A stretch of DNA of 63,642 nt, counting the filler, from Collodictyon triciliatum (Eukaryota): NCBI GenBank assembly GCA_043381765.1. It is 6 parts of 5 records of this genome, joined end to end, with 100 filler letters (N's around TTAATTAATTAA, not from the genome) between each part and the next. Parts side by side here need not be neighbours in the genome. Positions count along the whole stretch, not along the records: positions 1 to 8,102 come from JBHJMP010001241.1; positions 8,203 to 19,246 come from JBHJMP010001241.1; 4 more parts are not named here. One strand, given 5' to 3'. Positions within the stretch are counted from its first letter, which is position 1; the number at the start of each line of letters is the position of its first letter. Position numbers and translations under genes: made by a program. The notes beneath the pieces were generated by a model. It did not search any database. It was not told where the DNA came from and saw only the letters and a program-made list of their open reading frames with translations. Below, piece by piece: positions 1-15,114 of the stretch.

Positions 1-90
1 CAATAAAAAACAATAAAAAACAATAAAAAACAATAAAAAACAATAAAAAACAATAAAAAACAATAAAAAACAATAAAAAACAATAAAAAA
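1..90 (+). repeat. (CAATAAAAAA)n tandem repeat
   Basis: Nine perfect 10-nt units read directly. Confidence 0.95.
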
Positions 91-384
91 CAAAAAAAAC
101 AAAAAAATAAAGACAAATTTGCACAAAGTCCTTCAACTGTGCTGCTTTATATTCTTCCCAGAGCAGCTGTATTTGTCTCCTTTCACACTATGAGAGATAT
201 ATTCTTCTTATCTCTTTATTCATCGGCTTCATGTGTCAGCAATATATTTTATTCCCTGAATTTTTTTATTCATATTTTTTCAATATTCCTTGGGTATGTT
301 GCTCTTACAGAGAATATGCCTTCCACAGAGGCTTACAAGCAGATATTTAATTGCTTACTTTCAAAAAGGCGGAGAAAAGAAAGC

Positions 385-3038
385 ATGGAATCCGAGCGCA
401 TGTGCCCTGCTTGTGCAGAAATCCTCGATAATCCTCGCCAACTGCCGTGTGGACATGTGTACTGCTTTGAATGTCTTCAAAAGTTCGCAAACAATCTCTC
501 CAATGTGGGCTCTGCAGCCTCAAAAGTCGAAAGTATACAGTGCTACATGTGTGATCAAATTCATACCTTGGGGGAGGATGGCTTGTTGAAGCTTCCACAG
601 TCTCAGTATCATGTGGAGCTTGTTGATGCCTACAAATCTTATGAGACTTCGAAAGCGCTTTGCTGGCAGTGCGACGAGCCGGCAGTCTCTAGGTGTGTCA
701 GTGGATGTGGCAACATTTGTGGTGGTTGTGTCTCTGCTCATGGCTCGATGGTTGCTTTCTCGTCGCATGTCGTCATGTGAGTTCATTATTCTTTTGAGCT
801 TTACCTTTTTTTTTCAAATACATGAGACTTTTCAAAAGATGTTTTCAAGAGTCATGTTTGATCACTTAAGCTAATAAAAAGTATTTTCAATGTTTTTTCT
901 GATTTCACATTCGAATGCCCTGACAGTGACGGCATTTCAAGTCGTCCTGGTGCATTTGATACAATCTGCCCGAAGCATTCTCATGATTTTGTAGAAGTTT
1001 GTCCTCACAAAGAGGAGAGCAACAGCCGATTCATGTGCTATGAGTGCCTTGTTGATCATTTGAAGGAAAAAGGACAGCATCAGCATGATAAATATGAAGA
1101 GGGATGTAGAATATTGATTAGAGTGCTTCAAGGCATACTTGATAGCTTTAGTCAGAAGACTCAAGAAGTGACTTTGTGTCGCGGCAAAATACAGTCCGAA
1201 ATGGAGAAGGTTGATAGCTTATAGAAATAAAGTCAAATAGCTTATTCATCACCGCCACAATAAATAGGCCATCATTTTGAATTATAGAAAATGACTTTAA
1301 TTACTCGTGGTAGAACTGATAATTTCGATGAATACCTTTGAAGCAGGCATAAGTTTTTTTTTTATTTATTTAGGCAGATAGATTGGTCCAAGATTTGGAA
1401 AAAACACTCACTGCAGAGATGAATGGGGTGATGGCCAGTATCAGAGAGGAGGAAGCACAAATGCTCAAATCAGTAAAGAATAGGATATTATGGAGCCAAT
1501 TTGATTTTCGTTATGCTCATATTTCTTGAAATGTCCGAGCTAATCACTACTTTTTTAGATACGGATTTTTCAGGAGCAAATATCGATGCCTTTGCTGGAC
1601 GCAAGTGGGAAGCTGGATATTTTATTCAACCACATTCAATACTGTAAGAATACCATCGAAAACTCAATACAAGTGTATCACGAAGAAAGGTCGCCCATGA
1701 AATTCCAGGTAGCTTTGGAGTTTGGTGAGCTGGTTCAAAAGAAAAGACCGCATAATATTGTAGGATTTCTCGAAAGAAGACATTTTGTGATTCCAAAAAT
1801 CCAGATATTTAGAAAACATAAGGACCGAATATCAGGGTTAGAGCTGGAGCTTCAACAATCAAAGGATGAGGGAAAATCGCTGATGTCTCAGATAGACCAA
1901 TTAAAAAACCAAAATAAGTTGAACAAAAAAGAAATAGCATTTAAAAATATTGAAAATAGTCGCCTCTTGCAGGGAAATCATTCATTACGGCAAACAAACT
2001 CTAGTCAAAAAAGCACAATTGCTAGTCTTGAGAAAGAAAAAACACAAATGCAGAGTATATTTAAAGAACAAGAACTACGCATCGAGGTGCTTGAAAAGGA
2101 AAATGTAGAAGTAAAGCAGCTGAATGATGATTTGGGCTCTCAGGTTAAGCAGCTACAAGATGAGGTTCAAAAGTTAGTGAATTCTTATAGTGAACTTGAA
2201 GAAAAGGAAAACCAACTTAAACATAAGTACGAAATTTTAAGAGTAACAAACGTTGGACAGAATAATACCATTACAAGGCTTCAGAAACAAGCCGTAGAAC
2301 TCATGGCCAAAATCAAGGAGAATGGCGTTATGATCGAAAGTCTGAAAGCTGATAGGGAAAACTATCGTCAATCAAGCGAGGTTCACTTAAATCGATATAC
2401 ACAATCTCAAAAAGAATTGAAAATTTGCAGTGAGCAGAACGACAACCTTTTCCAACAGATTGAGGCTCTGAAATCTGACAAAAGTAAACTAGAAGGTGAT
2501 AAGCAGCAACTTGACCAGAAAATATCACGAATCCAAAAAGAACTTGAGCTGAAACATATCAGTTTTCAAGAAATGGAAAAACGCATGAGAAATATCCAAG
2601 CTGAAAGAGACGAATCGCTAAAATCATATGATACAGTCAAAACATCCACGAAGCTTTTGGAAGAAAATCGCCTTCTTAAACTTGCACACGACGAGAAGTT
2701 CAGAGAAAAGCAAAAACTGGAGGAAAACAATCGAAGGATTCAAGCAGCTTTATCCGAATGCGACGCGTTGATCCAGAGAATGAAGAGAGAAAACGAGGAT
2801 CTAAAATCGGACGTACAAAGTAATATTTTATTCATCAACATAATTTCTTCAATTTCGGAAATCTAATTCCAAAAAATAAGATTTCCAATACACATCGGCC
2901 AAAGAGAAGCTGGAGCTTTCCGAAAGAATTAAGAAACTGGAGGCTGAAAACGATGATATCAAACGAGTTTTAAGTGAGCAAGAGACATTCACATCCCGAA
3001 ATGCACCGTTTTTTGATGATAGAAACAGTAGCGGATGG
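385..3038 (+). CDS. TRIM/RBCC-like protein (RING, two B-box-like zinc fingers, long coiled coil); 3' end unresolved
   Basis: RING CPAC..LPCGHVYCFEC..CYMC; B-box-like CWQC..C..GC..CGGC..H and CPKH..C..MCYEC..H; heptad-rich ORF 1586-2866. Phase-compatible GT-AG exons at about 385-776, 927-1209, 1374-1472, 1559-2819 and 2881-3038. Confidence 0.85.
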
Positions 3039-3580
3039 GTAATTTCTGACTTGATGTTTACAATTGTATTTTATATAACTTAATGGTAAAAATGTGTATT
3101 ATATCGCTCAACATGAAATATTTAACATTTAAAAAAGTCTGTAAGTGATACCAATGATAAGTCCATGATTATTTTTGACCAAAAACAAGTCTTGATGAAT
3201 TAATTTATTTAAATTTCGAAGTGTAAGTTGAATTTTAAAACACAAAAAAGTTTATACTTAGCAATAGAAAGGTTTTCAATAGCATTAGTCTCAAGTCCAT
3301 TTTTGATATCTCTATTGAAGACTGTAATAATTTATATTTTTAAATGTCTATTACTTATTTATGAAATTGTGTTTTCTGATGAATTTATTTCATTTAAATA
3401 AAGACCGTAAGATAATTCTATGTAATAGAGAAAAAGGATAATTTGATGGATTGCAGACTTAATATTTCCTTCTTTATTTTGTTAAAAGTTTGTGAGATTT
3501 TTTAATTGCATTATCACTGTCAGATTTATATAAAATCTTCCATTCTTAGATAACGTTTTGTTTAAATTAAGAATGTAATT
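3039..3580 (+). other. Candidate array of six 1-3 nt microexons separated by 80-99 nt introns
   Basis: AAG|TCT|GTAAGT (3138-40), AAG|T|GTAAGT (3222), AAG|ACT|GTAATA (3321-23), AAG|ACC|GTAAGA (3404-06), AAG|TTT|GTGAGA (3489-91), AAG|AAT|GTAATT (3572-74). Confidence 0.6.
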
Positions 3581-4744
3581 TTTGATTTTTTTGAATAAAT
3601 ACGAAGAAACCCATTCTAATTTAAGTTTCATAAATCTGTAAGAGGGAGTATTTTTTATTTCTATTAACACATATTTCATATTTGGGAAACGAAATAAAAA
3701 ACCCATTATTTCTAAATTTTCACCGAATTATAGACTAGCTGGTAGTTAATCTTATACTCTTGAATAAGAATATCATGTTTTTCTCATATGGTATTTTATA
3801 TACTACATCGCAGTCTTTGAGCCGTGGTAATCATCGTTTATTACATTTGATTCTATTCCAAAGTCTTACTGTCATATAATATTGTTAAATCTAACCTGCT
3901 CTCAGTTTATTTTTATACTAAAATGTTGTGATTTATAATCCGCTCTTTCTCTTTATCGACCCACAAATATTCGCAGTAGCGTTTCTTTTGCTCTCTACGA
4001 AGTTGCAAGGGAAACAGCATGGTGAGTTTGAATGAAATTAATGGAAATAACTGGTCTGTGAATAATATAATATCCTATATGTTCATCTCCACGTTTAAAT
4101 GAATTAATTAAGTTTTCATCAAATGGCAACAGAAACGGCTCACTGGAGGAAATATGACGAAATATTGCAAACCATAACAAAATAAAATCTCTTGAAATCT
4201 ACTGCGATTCTTTCAGCACTAATGTTAATTTCGAATCTTTTTTATCTTTACGAAAGAGAAATACACTCGTTTTCATCTGTTGGAAAACAAATATTCGAAT
4301 GGAAATAAATGGCGAGGGAAATAGACTGAAATCACTATTTTTGTGATCAAATGTTATTCTTATTTTATTTTTTTGTTTTGTTTCACGTTGAGTCTGAATC
4401 ACTCATTTGTGACCAGAATTGTGGAATGGTAGAGGGCGGTATCAAATGAGCCTTATCAGTAGCCATTTAACTTTAACCACAACATTCTAACGGCTGGTTA
4501 TCTCCCCAGAGGTTTATGAGTCTGTGAATGCAAGTGTCAAAGGAGAAAACGCGGTGCAAGGTGTTTTCATACTATTATCTTAAATGCAGATAGCAGTCAC
4601 ATTTCCTCAATTCAGTAATAATGTGCTTTTAAAATTATAGATGATGATACATTCTTAACAGTTTAACAAGTGTGACATCAGTAGATGTTGATTTCTTTCA
4701 TTTTGATCAATTCTTATTCCTCTTTTTATTCATATAATTTTCGA

Positions 4745-7700
4745 TTAATGAAGGTATTTGTTTTCAGTCATTCCATATTCATCACAGTCATTGACTGGGT
4801 CGTCAATCCATTCCACATGTCTACAAAACATTCTCCATGAATTCGGCCTTCTCTTAATGATGTACACGTTCCCGCAAGATAAATGCCTCATCTCCTTACG
4901 AATCAACACACTAAATTCAAATTCTGGGGATGTTCTCATGGCACTGTAAATATTTTCTGATACCTAATTTTTCTTCCTGTTAATTTTCTAATTGAAGGAA
5001 ATGGGAACACACATTATACTGCAATAAAAAACCAATAATTGAGGCTTAATAGTATTGGTTTAAAAATCCTATAGGAAAGCTCCCTACACATGTGTTATTC
5101 TCGGGTATACTAGAGACTACGGACAAGCATTCAGAAACTATTCGAGGTGACGATGAGATTTTTTTTGAAATGGCCTGATATGTATTTATCCCTAAGGATG
5201 ATTTTACAAACTTGGTTTTCCGTAGCAGTCATAAAGGAATTTCTCGTTTCCTATGATAAAATAAAAATCAAATAAGCAAACATTTCATAATATTCGTAAT
5301 ATCTTTGAGAATTTTTTTTTGGTAAAAATAACCGAAGATTCCAGTCGTGACTTCCCCCAAACATATGGATATCTTCGACTGAAGAAAGATACCCGTATAA
5401 CCCAAGCTAGCGCCAGATACCAAGGACTGAGCCTGTAACAAATGTTAGAGCAATTATTCTATGCACGAACTTTTAAAATCTTCAAGGCTTTGATTTTCCC
5501 AGTATTTCAAGTAACAAGTGAGATTCAGATTTCAATAGACTTGCGTTGAGACTGAAATTTAAAGCTTTTTCGTAGCGCAACAGGCTGTTCTCAGATCTCT
5601 CTAAACTTCTTTCGACCGAAGGAATGGGTCTTGATAAGAACTAGATGTGTTATAAAAATACAATCTTGATTATCCACAGAATTTTTTTCACATAGACACC
5701 TTGACGATATGATAATATGAAGGAGCTTAAGAAGAGATAGGATTATGAATACAAAATATATTACAATAGCTGCAGTTCCCGTCGTTTTTAGGATTTCTAT
5801 GTTGTAATTCTTTGAAAAATCCTCCAAACAAGAGAACAGGCCTGTACAAAATTGTCTTTAAATTCGAATACAAAAATAATCATATCATACAATACGGATA
5901 CCTGACAGAGACTCAAAGGTGCCAGAGTGTGTATATCCGATTGAATTTCTTGGGATAATGATTTCGAGGACTATGACTATAGCATCTTTTATTGACTGAA
6001 ACATTTGTAATTTTCTTTGCTTCAAATTACGGTATAGCTCCGGAGATAGAACAGAGACGAGAGCTTGTTCAGATCTTTTATTCTCCTCAGATAAATTATA
6101 CATGAACTGTAAGTAGACGAATGAAGTTTATTAGCGGCCTTTAATTGAGCTAGTATAAAATTTCTTAACCTATACCTCAAACAAGATGAGACGCACAGAA
6201 AGATGGAAGTACCTCTAGAAGCAGCTTATTATCGATGTACTCTTTTCGACCAGAATAATCCCTAGTCAAGGCAAAAATGTAGAAGAGCATCGTCGGTATT
6301 ACAGACCAGATTATAAGTGGCTGCACAGGATAATAGGAATCGAACCTGTTAACGAAAAAAGAAATGAAGACAGGAGTGATATTACTCACCATGAAACAGT
6401 ATTCTAAACCAAAAAAATGAAAAAATAATGATGTTTACCCAAAAGCTGTTCCATATTTAAAGAATAAGATTATGGATAGAGATAGCCCGCTGACAAGTAA
6501 ATAAAAAAGATCGATGCTCATAACATTCGTACTAGAAAGACAAAACATTCCAACTTTGTATGTTTCAGAGTAAATAAAGGCTGAGTGGTTCCATGACAAA
6601 TTACAACCAAAGCCAAAATCTCCAAAAATATAAAACAATCGACCAAAAGAAAATATCTGATATACAATCGCTGTAATAAATGGAATATTCCGGTAGGTAA
6701 TGTGAGTTTTTAGACTAGACATAGGAGAATATGACAAGTAAAAGGCCAAGGTCAAAAGAAATACTGGAGGTGGAAACAGAATGAACCGATAAAATGTGTA
6801 ATACTTCTGAGAAATGAGGTCGATATGACAAAAGTCCAAAATTATTGTCAAGTCCACAAATCCGAACATTATTAGACATATGACAATAGTAATCATTTGT
6901 ATCCTAGTCATTGATGAAATGCAAAGTTTTAGAAAATTGGCCTGTCATCACGAATTTTACAAAAATTGATCAACCTACACTGTAGTAAATATATTGTGAC
7001 TTGTCTCCAAGCTTGTTTGATATTCTCTCTCCGTTTCATCATCAACAAATCGCATATCACCCAAAAGCCCATATAAACCTCTATCTCTTCTAGCCAGGCT
7101 GTATGGGTCCAAAGATCTCATTTCGTGCTTATTTTTGAGGTGAAATGAGTCAATAAAAAATAAAATATTGTTATTACTAATAGACTGTATTTTCTATGAT
7201 TGTGATTATTATTTTTAATATTATTAAAAAAATGAAAGAGTTGAAAAGCATCACGAAAACCTCTTTAGCTGCATCTATGCCATTGGAAAAATCACTTTCT
7301 ATATTCGCAGATTTATTTTGATTGCCATGATTGTGCTTTTCAGACTCATATGTGGTTCCTCCATCGGTGTTTGAGTGGGCCGAGATACATAACCAAGTAT
7401 CATTTCCCCCAATGAGGCATGCCTCAAATCGAAGGATGCGTTCCTAGGTCAATCTGTTACATGCTTTTCAAAGTCATAAAATATCTTAAATTTACATCAA
7501 CAGGCGCCTTTTGTAGCCATGTTTCTTTCGTTGAGTCATCTAAAATCAATTCCCACGCTGAAGCGTTTTCAAGACAACGTCTAGATGCTGCTTCTCCTGT
7601 TCCCAAGTTTACTTTCTCTTAGAATACCAAATTTATATGAAAATGCGTAGCAAATAATTCCATATTTAAGGGTAGACAACCTTCACCAAATATGTCAAAG

Positions 7701-10313
7701 CTAGATTTGGAGTACTTGACTATACCACCTTGTACAGTTCCAGAGCCAATTCCAATTGAAACTGTTAACTTTGAAAATATTCGTGGAAAATTATTTTCAC
7801 GACATTTTTGATTAAGGAACTTAAATACACCACGGTTTCTGTAATTCATGTTGGATGGCCTTGCCCTTTCATACCTTGCAAAAATTTTCTGCTTTACATT
7901 TTTTAAGTATTTCATGTGCTGCCATTACAACATCAGAAGAATCTTCTCCAAATAAACCACTAATACCCTGTTAAATTTCAAAAACAAAAAACAAAAAACA
8001 AAAAACAAAAAACAAAAAACAAAAAACAAAAAACAAAAAACAAAAAAAAAAAAACAAAAAACAAAAAAAAAAAAACAAAAAAAAAAAAAAAAAAAAACAA
8101 AANNNNNNNNNNNNNNNNNNNNNNNNNNNNNNNNNNNNNNNNNNNNTTAATTAATTAANNNNNNNNNNNNNNNNNNNNNNNNNNNNNNNNNNNNNNNNNN
8201 NNTTTTTTTTACCACGATGCGAAGCCCTACATTATTTTTCTTAATTGTAACACACCAAATATTGGAATTAACCGTGATTAATGGGCATACACACAACTTA
8301 TTAAATTAATCTATTGAAACATACCACATGTTCTCACTTTGTGGATACGATAGCTATTTTCATTAAAAACAATTTTATGGACCACAATTTATTACTTCAT
8401 GCCTAAATTACGAATTACAAACTACAAATTCCAAATCGAATGATTATTTTATTACCACTGAAAAGCTTCGACTATAATCCTATAAAGGGTCATAAGTTAG
8501 TTTTCGAACAATAGTTTCCATATTCAATATTTTGAGATAATCACCCATATGCCCTTTCTATTTCTATCCTTAGAACTGCTGTAGGAAACACTGTATTATC
8601 TTCCGTTACATTTATCATTACGGACACAGTGGCACAACAAGATGCCTGATAAAATGGGTATTCTTCCCGTTCGAGTAGAATGGAATTCATAACAGGCCTG
8701 ATTTGGATAGCTTCAAAATTAGCAACTGAGGGGTTTTTTGTTCTAAAATCGAATAATAATATGATATCATTCAAAATGATTTAACTTTGGATAGATATTT
8801 GATAGGATGGCTTTCGTTCTCTCCTTCGTCTCAGATATCCTTTTGTTAATCCACCTCATCTTTCTGGTGGAGTAGAATGAACTATGATAAAATGCCATTA
8901 GGAGAGTAGAAAAAAATTGGGTTATATGAATGACAAACTTCATCCTCTGCAATTCCATTGTTTTAAACAAGGTGAAGCTTAAAGCTGAGGTCAAGAAAAT
9001 GGGCGAAAAGCACCGATATATAACAAGATAGTCTGATGTGGACCACAGGAGCAGGGAAAGACAAATTAAATTTGCATAGACCACCAAAACCACTTTTATT
9101 CGGTAATAACCGGGGATGACTATGAGCAAGCCCTAGGTATATAATTTTATGTTGATTTTTTTTTTTTTGTAAATAACAAAGAAAATGGACTGCAAATACA
9201 CTTCTGGCCACGAATATTGTAAATTTTACCGTGACAATAATTTCTACATCACTCAAGTTTCTGTCTACCATGTGAATCGGTATGAAAAGGGCAAATATGG
9301 ATACTGAGTAAAGATAGAACACAATCACCAAGACATGGAACAACCTCAAGATTTTTTTGTGATTAGTATGTAATTCGTGGTAAATATTTTCTAAGCCTTG
9401 AAAAAAATGAGGGGAAACTTACTTTGTATGAAAATTGAGGTCTCTATGAGCTTTTAATCTACGACGGAGGTAGCGAAATAGAATGGCAAGTATCATGCTT
9501 AAGATTGTAAATGCCAAGAACATAAGGGAAGTTTGAGGCCATTGTAGGCTATAGATTTTTTTTTAAAAAAAAAGCGCATTAAGATTTTTCTTTTTAGAAG
9601 CGCAATATTCAACGAAAGGGAATGAGGCTGATCCTTTGTGTATATATGAAATAGGAAAGCAGACATAAGGTCATCAAGGTATCCTTTCTTTCAAAAAATG
9701 AGTACCAAACGACCAAAAAAATATTTATTTATTTTTAGTATTCCTACTAGCTGTAAGTTTCGATGATTCCATATATGACCCCAACCAAAGAGTAATAAAA
9801 CAATATTGTGCTATAGTTTCTTGCTGTATAAAGTCTGTACTCAGATTCCATCCTAGTATTTTCAAACCTACCAAATCATATGATTGGTCCGTAGTAGGGT
9901 AACATGGAAAAGTTAAATCCTGTCGATCCAAAAAAAAAAAAAAACATCCAAAGAAAACGACGGATACATAGCAAGGAAGCATTTATCGAAAGGCGATTGA
10001 AAATGAACAATATTTCGACGATTGAGTACCTCAAACTCCTACCGCAGATCGACTTGGCGGGAAATCCGACCCCCGAAGGCAGTAAAGACTCTATGTGGTC
10101 GCCTGCCACTGAAAAATCCTGGCATTCTCCGGCCATTTCTGTTCCATGAAGCTGCGAAGATAGATCGCTGAACGCAGCATCGTTGTTTCCCAGCACCGAT
10201 CTTTCATGGGGGACGCTTCTGACGTGCATTCGAAGGAATTGTCCGTGGCGCTTTGTTGTGGCATATTCTGTGCGGCTGACAGCGTGCCCTGATGATCGAG
10301 TCTTCGGTCCCAT
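4745..10313 (-). CDS. Multi-pass membrane class III adenylyl/guanylyl cyclase-like protein (M1-C1-M2-C2), multi-exon, spanning the 8103-8202 spacer
   Basis: Two TM bundles, each preceded by an RFxxxxxExEY motif. C1 has HKVRTCGLRIV|GISGLF and SIGIGSGTVQGGIVKYSKSSFDIFGE; C2 has EILKTTG, KISICLGEVTTGIFGNEKFLYDCYG and VSENIY..FEF. The start at 10313 is tentative. Confidence 0.75.
7980..8102 (+). repeat. (AAAAAAC)n low-complexity tract in an intron
   Basis: Directly visible; abuts the spacer. Confidence 0.9.
8103..8202. other. Artificial contig spacer 44N-TTAATTAATTAA-44N
   Basis: Identical 100-nt cassette carrying six-frame stops, found five times in the window. Confidence 0.97.
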
Positions 10314-11191
10314 TCCCGTCCTCGACACAGCCCAACAACCCTTTTGTGAATGCGATAAAATATCAAATCTGATGCCCACAGAGGCAAAAGCGACTTGCAA
10401 GAGAGGCCAGCCAGAAACCTTCTGCTTCGCAGGATTCTGTGTTCAGATCTGGGCAGCTGAGTTTGCCTTTGCTGGGAGTACATGGTGCCATGAAAGTCGA
10501 ATGTGGCTGCAAACACAAAGGCGCTTATGGACAATCACTAGATGTGGAGAAGCAGCCTCGTTTGGAACTGGTATTATCTTAATCTGGATCGGGCCTGTGT
10601 GTGCTGTCCAAAGGAACTCAAGATACAGGCCAGAAGAGGCAACGACCAACGGAGCGCGGTTTCGTGGTGGGGAAACGGTGTCGAAGTTCTTTTCTTATCA
10701 ACACCAAGAGGCAAAAGCATATCCATTGAGAGAAGAATGATGCAGTCCATATATATCCATTTAAAAATTATCGAAGCTGGAAAGTTCTTGGATACTTGGG
10801 CTCTGCTCGAAAACAGATGAAGGATTTATGTGAAATGAAGGAAAAGAAAATAAAAAGGAGTCGAGATAGAAACTTTGCGCACCACAGCGGAAAACAGTGG
10901 GTAGAGTTGTAATTTTTTTTTAAAATTTGTATTTATCTGATAATGAGGTAGAGATTAAGGAAGATGTATGCAACACAAGAGATTTGCATGATTGGAGGAT
11001 GCACCAACGCTTGTCCGCGATTAAAATATTTTTTTACTGGCATGCGCGGTTGAATGAGACAATGAATGCATGTATAAGGCGACCGATGATTGAAGCCAGA
11101 TACTGAATTACCTAGAATGTGACTTTGATTACAAAGAAACATATACTTCGGAAACAGTCTAACTTGTTTGCTCTGTATTTCATACCGATTT

Positions 11192-14850
<3,659 letters not shown>

Positions 14851-14869
14851 TCCATTGAGAGGACAGAAA

Positions 14870-15092
14870 TGAAGAAAAGAAAGAAGAATGACAGAAAGAG
14901 AAAAAGAGAAAAAGAGAAAAAGAAAAAAGAGAGAAGAGAGAAGAAAGAAGAAAGAAAAAAGAGAGAAAAAGAGAGAAAAAGAGAGAAAAAGAGAGAAAAA
15001 GAGAGAAAAAGAGAGAAAAAGAGAGAAAAAGAGAAAAAGAGAGAAAAAGAGAGAAAAAGAGAGAAAAAAAAGAGAGAAAAGAGAGAAAAAAA
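14870..15092 (+). repeat. (GAGAGAAAAA)n purine-rich tract
   Basis: Directly visible; intergenic. Confidence 0.9.
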
Positions 15093-15114
15093 GGGTGGGC
15101 TTGTGATTAGCAAC

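Noticed and set aside
8147-8158. TTAATTAATTAA palindrome recurring five times
   Set aside because: Always centred in exactly 44+44 N; an artificial six-frame-stop linker.
10091-10820. Overlapping ORFs of 92-185 aa on both strands
   Set aside because: No recognisable motifs; best explained as the GC-richer 5' region of the minus-strand cyclase gene.
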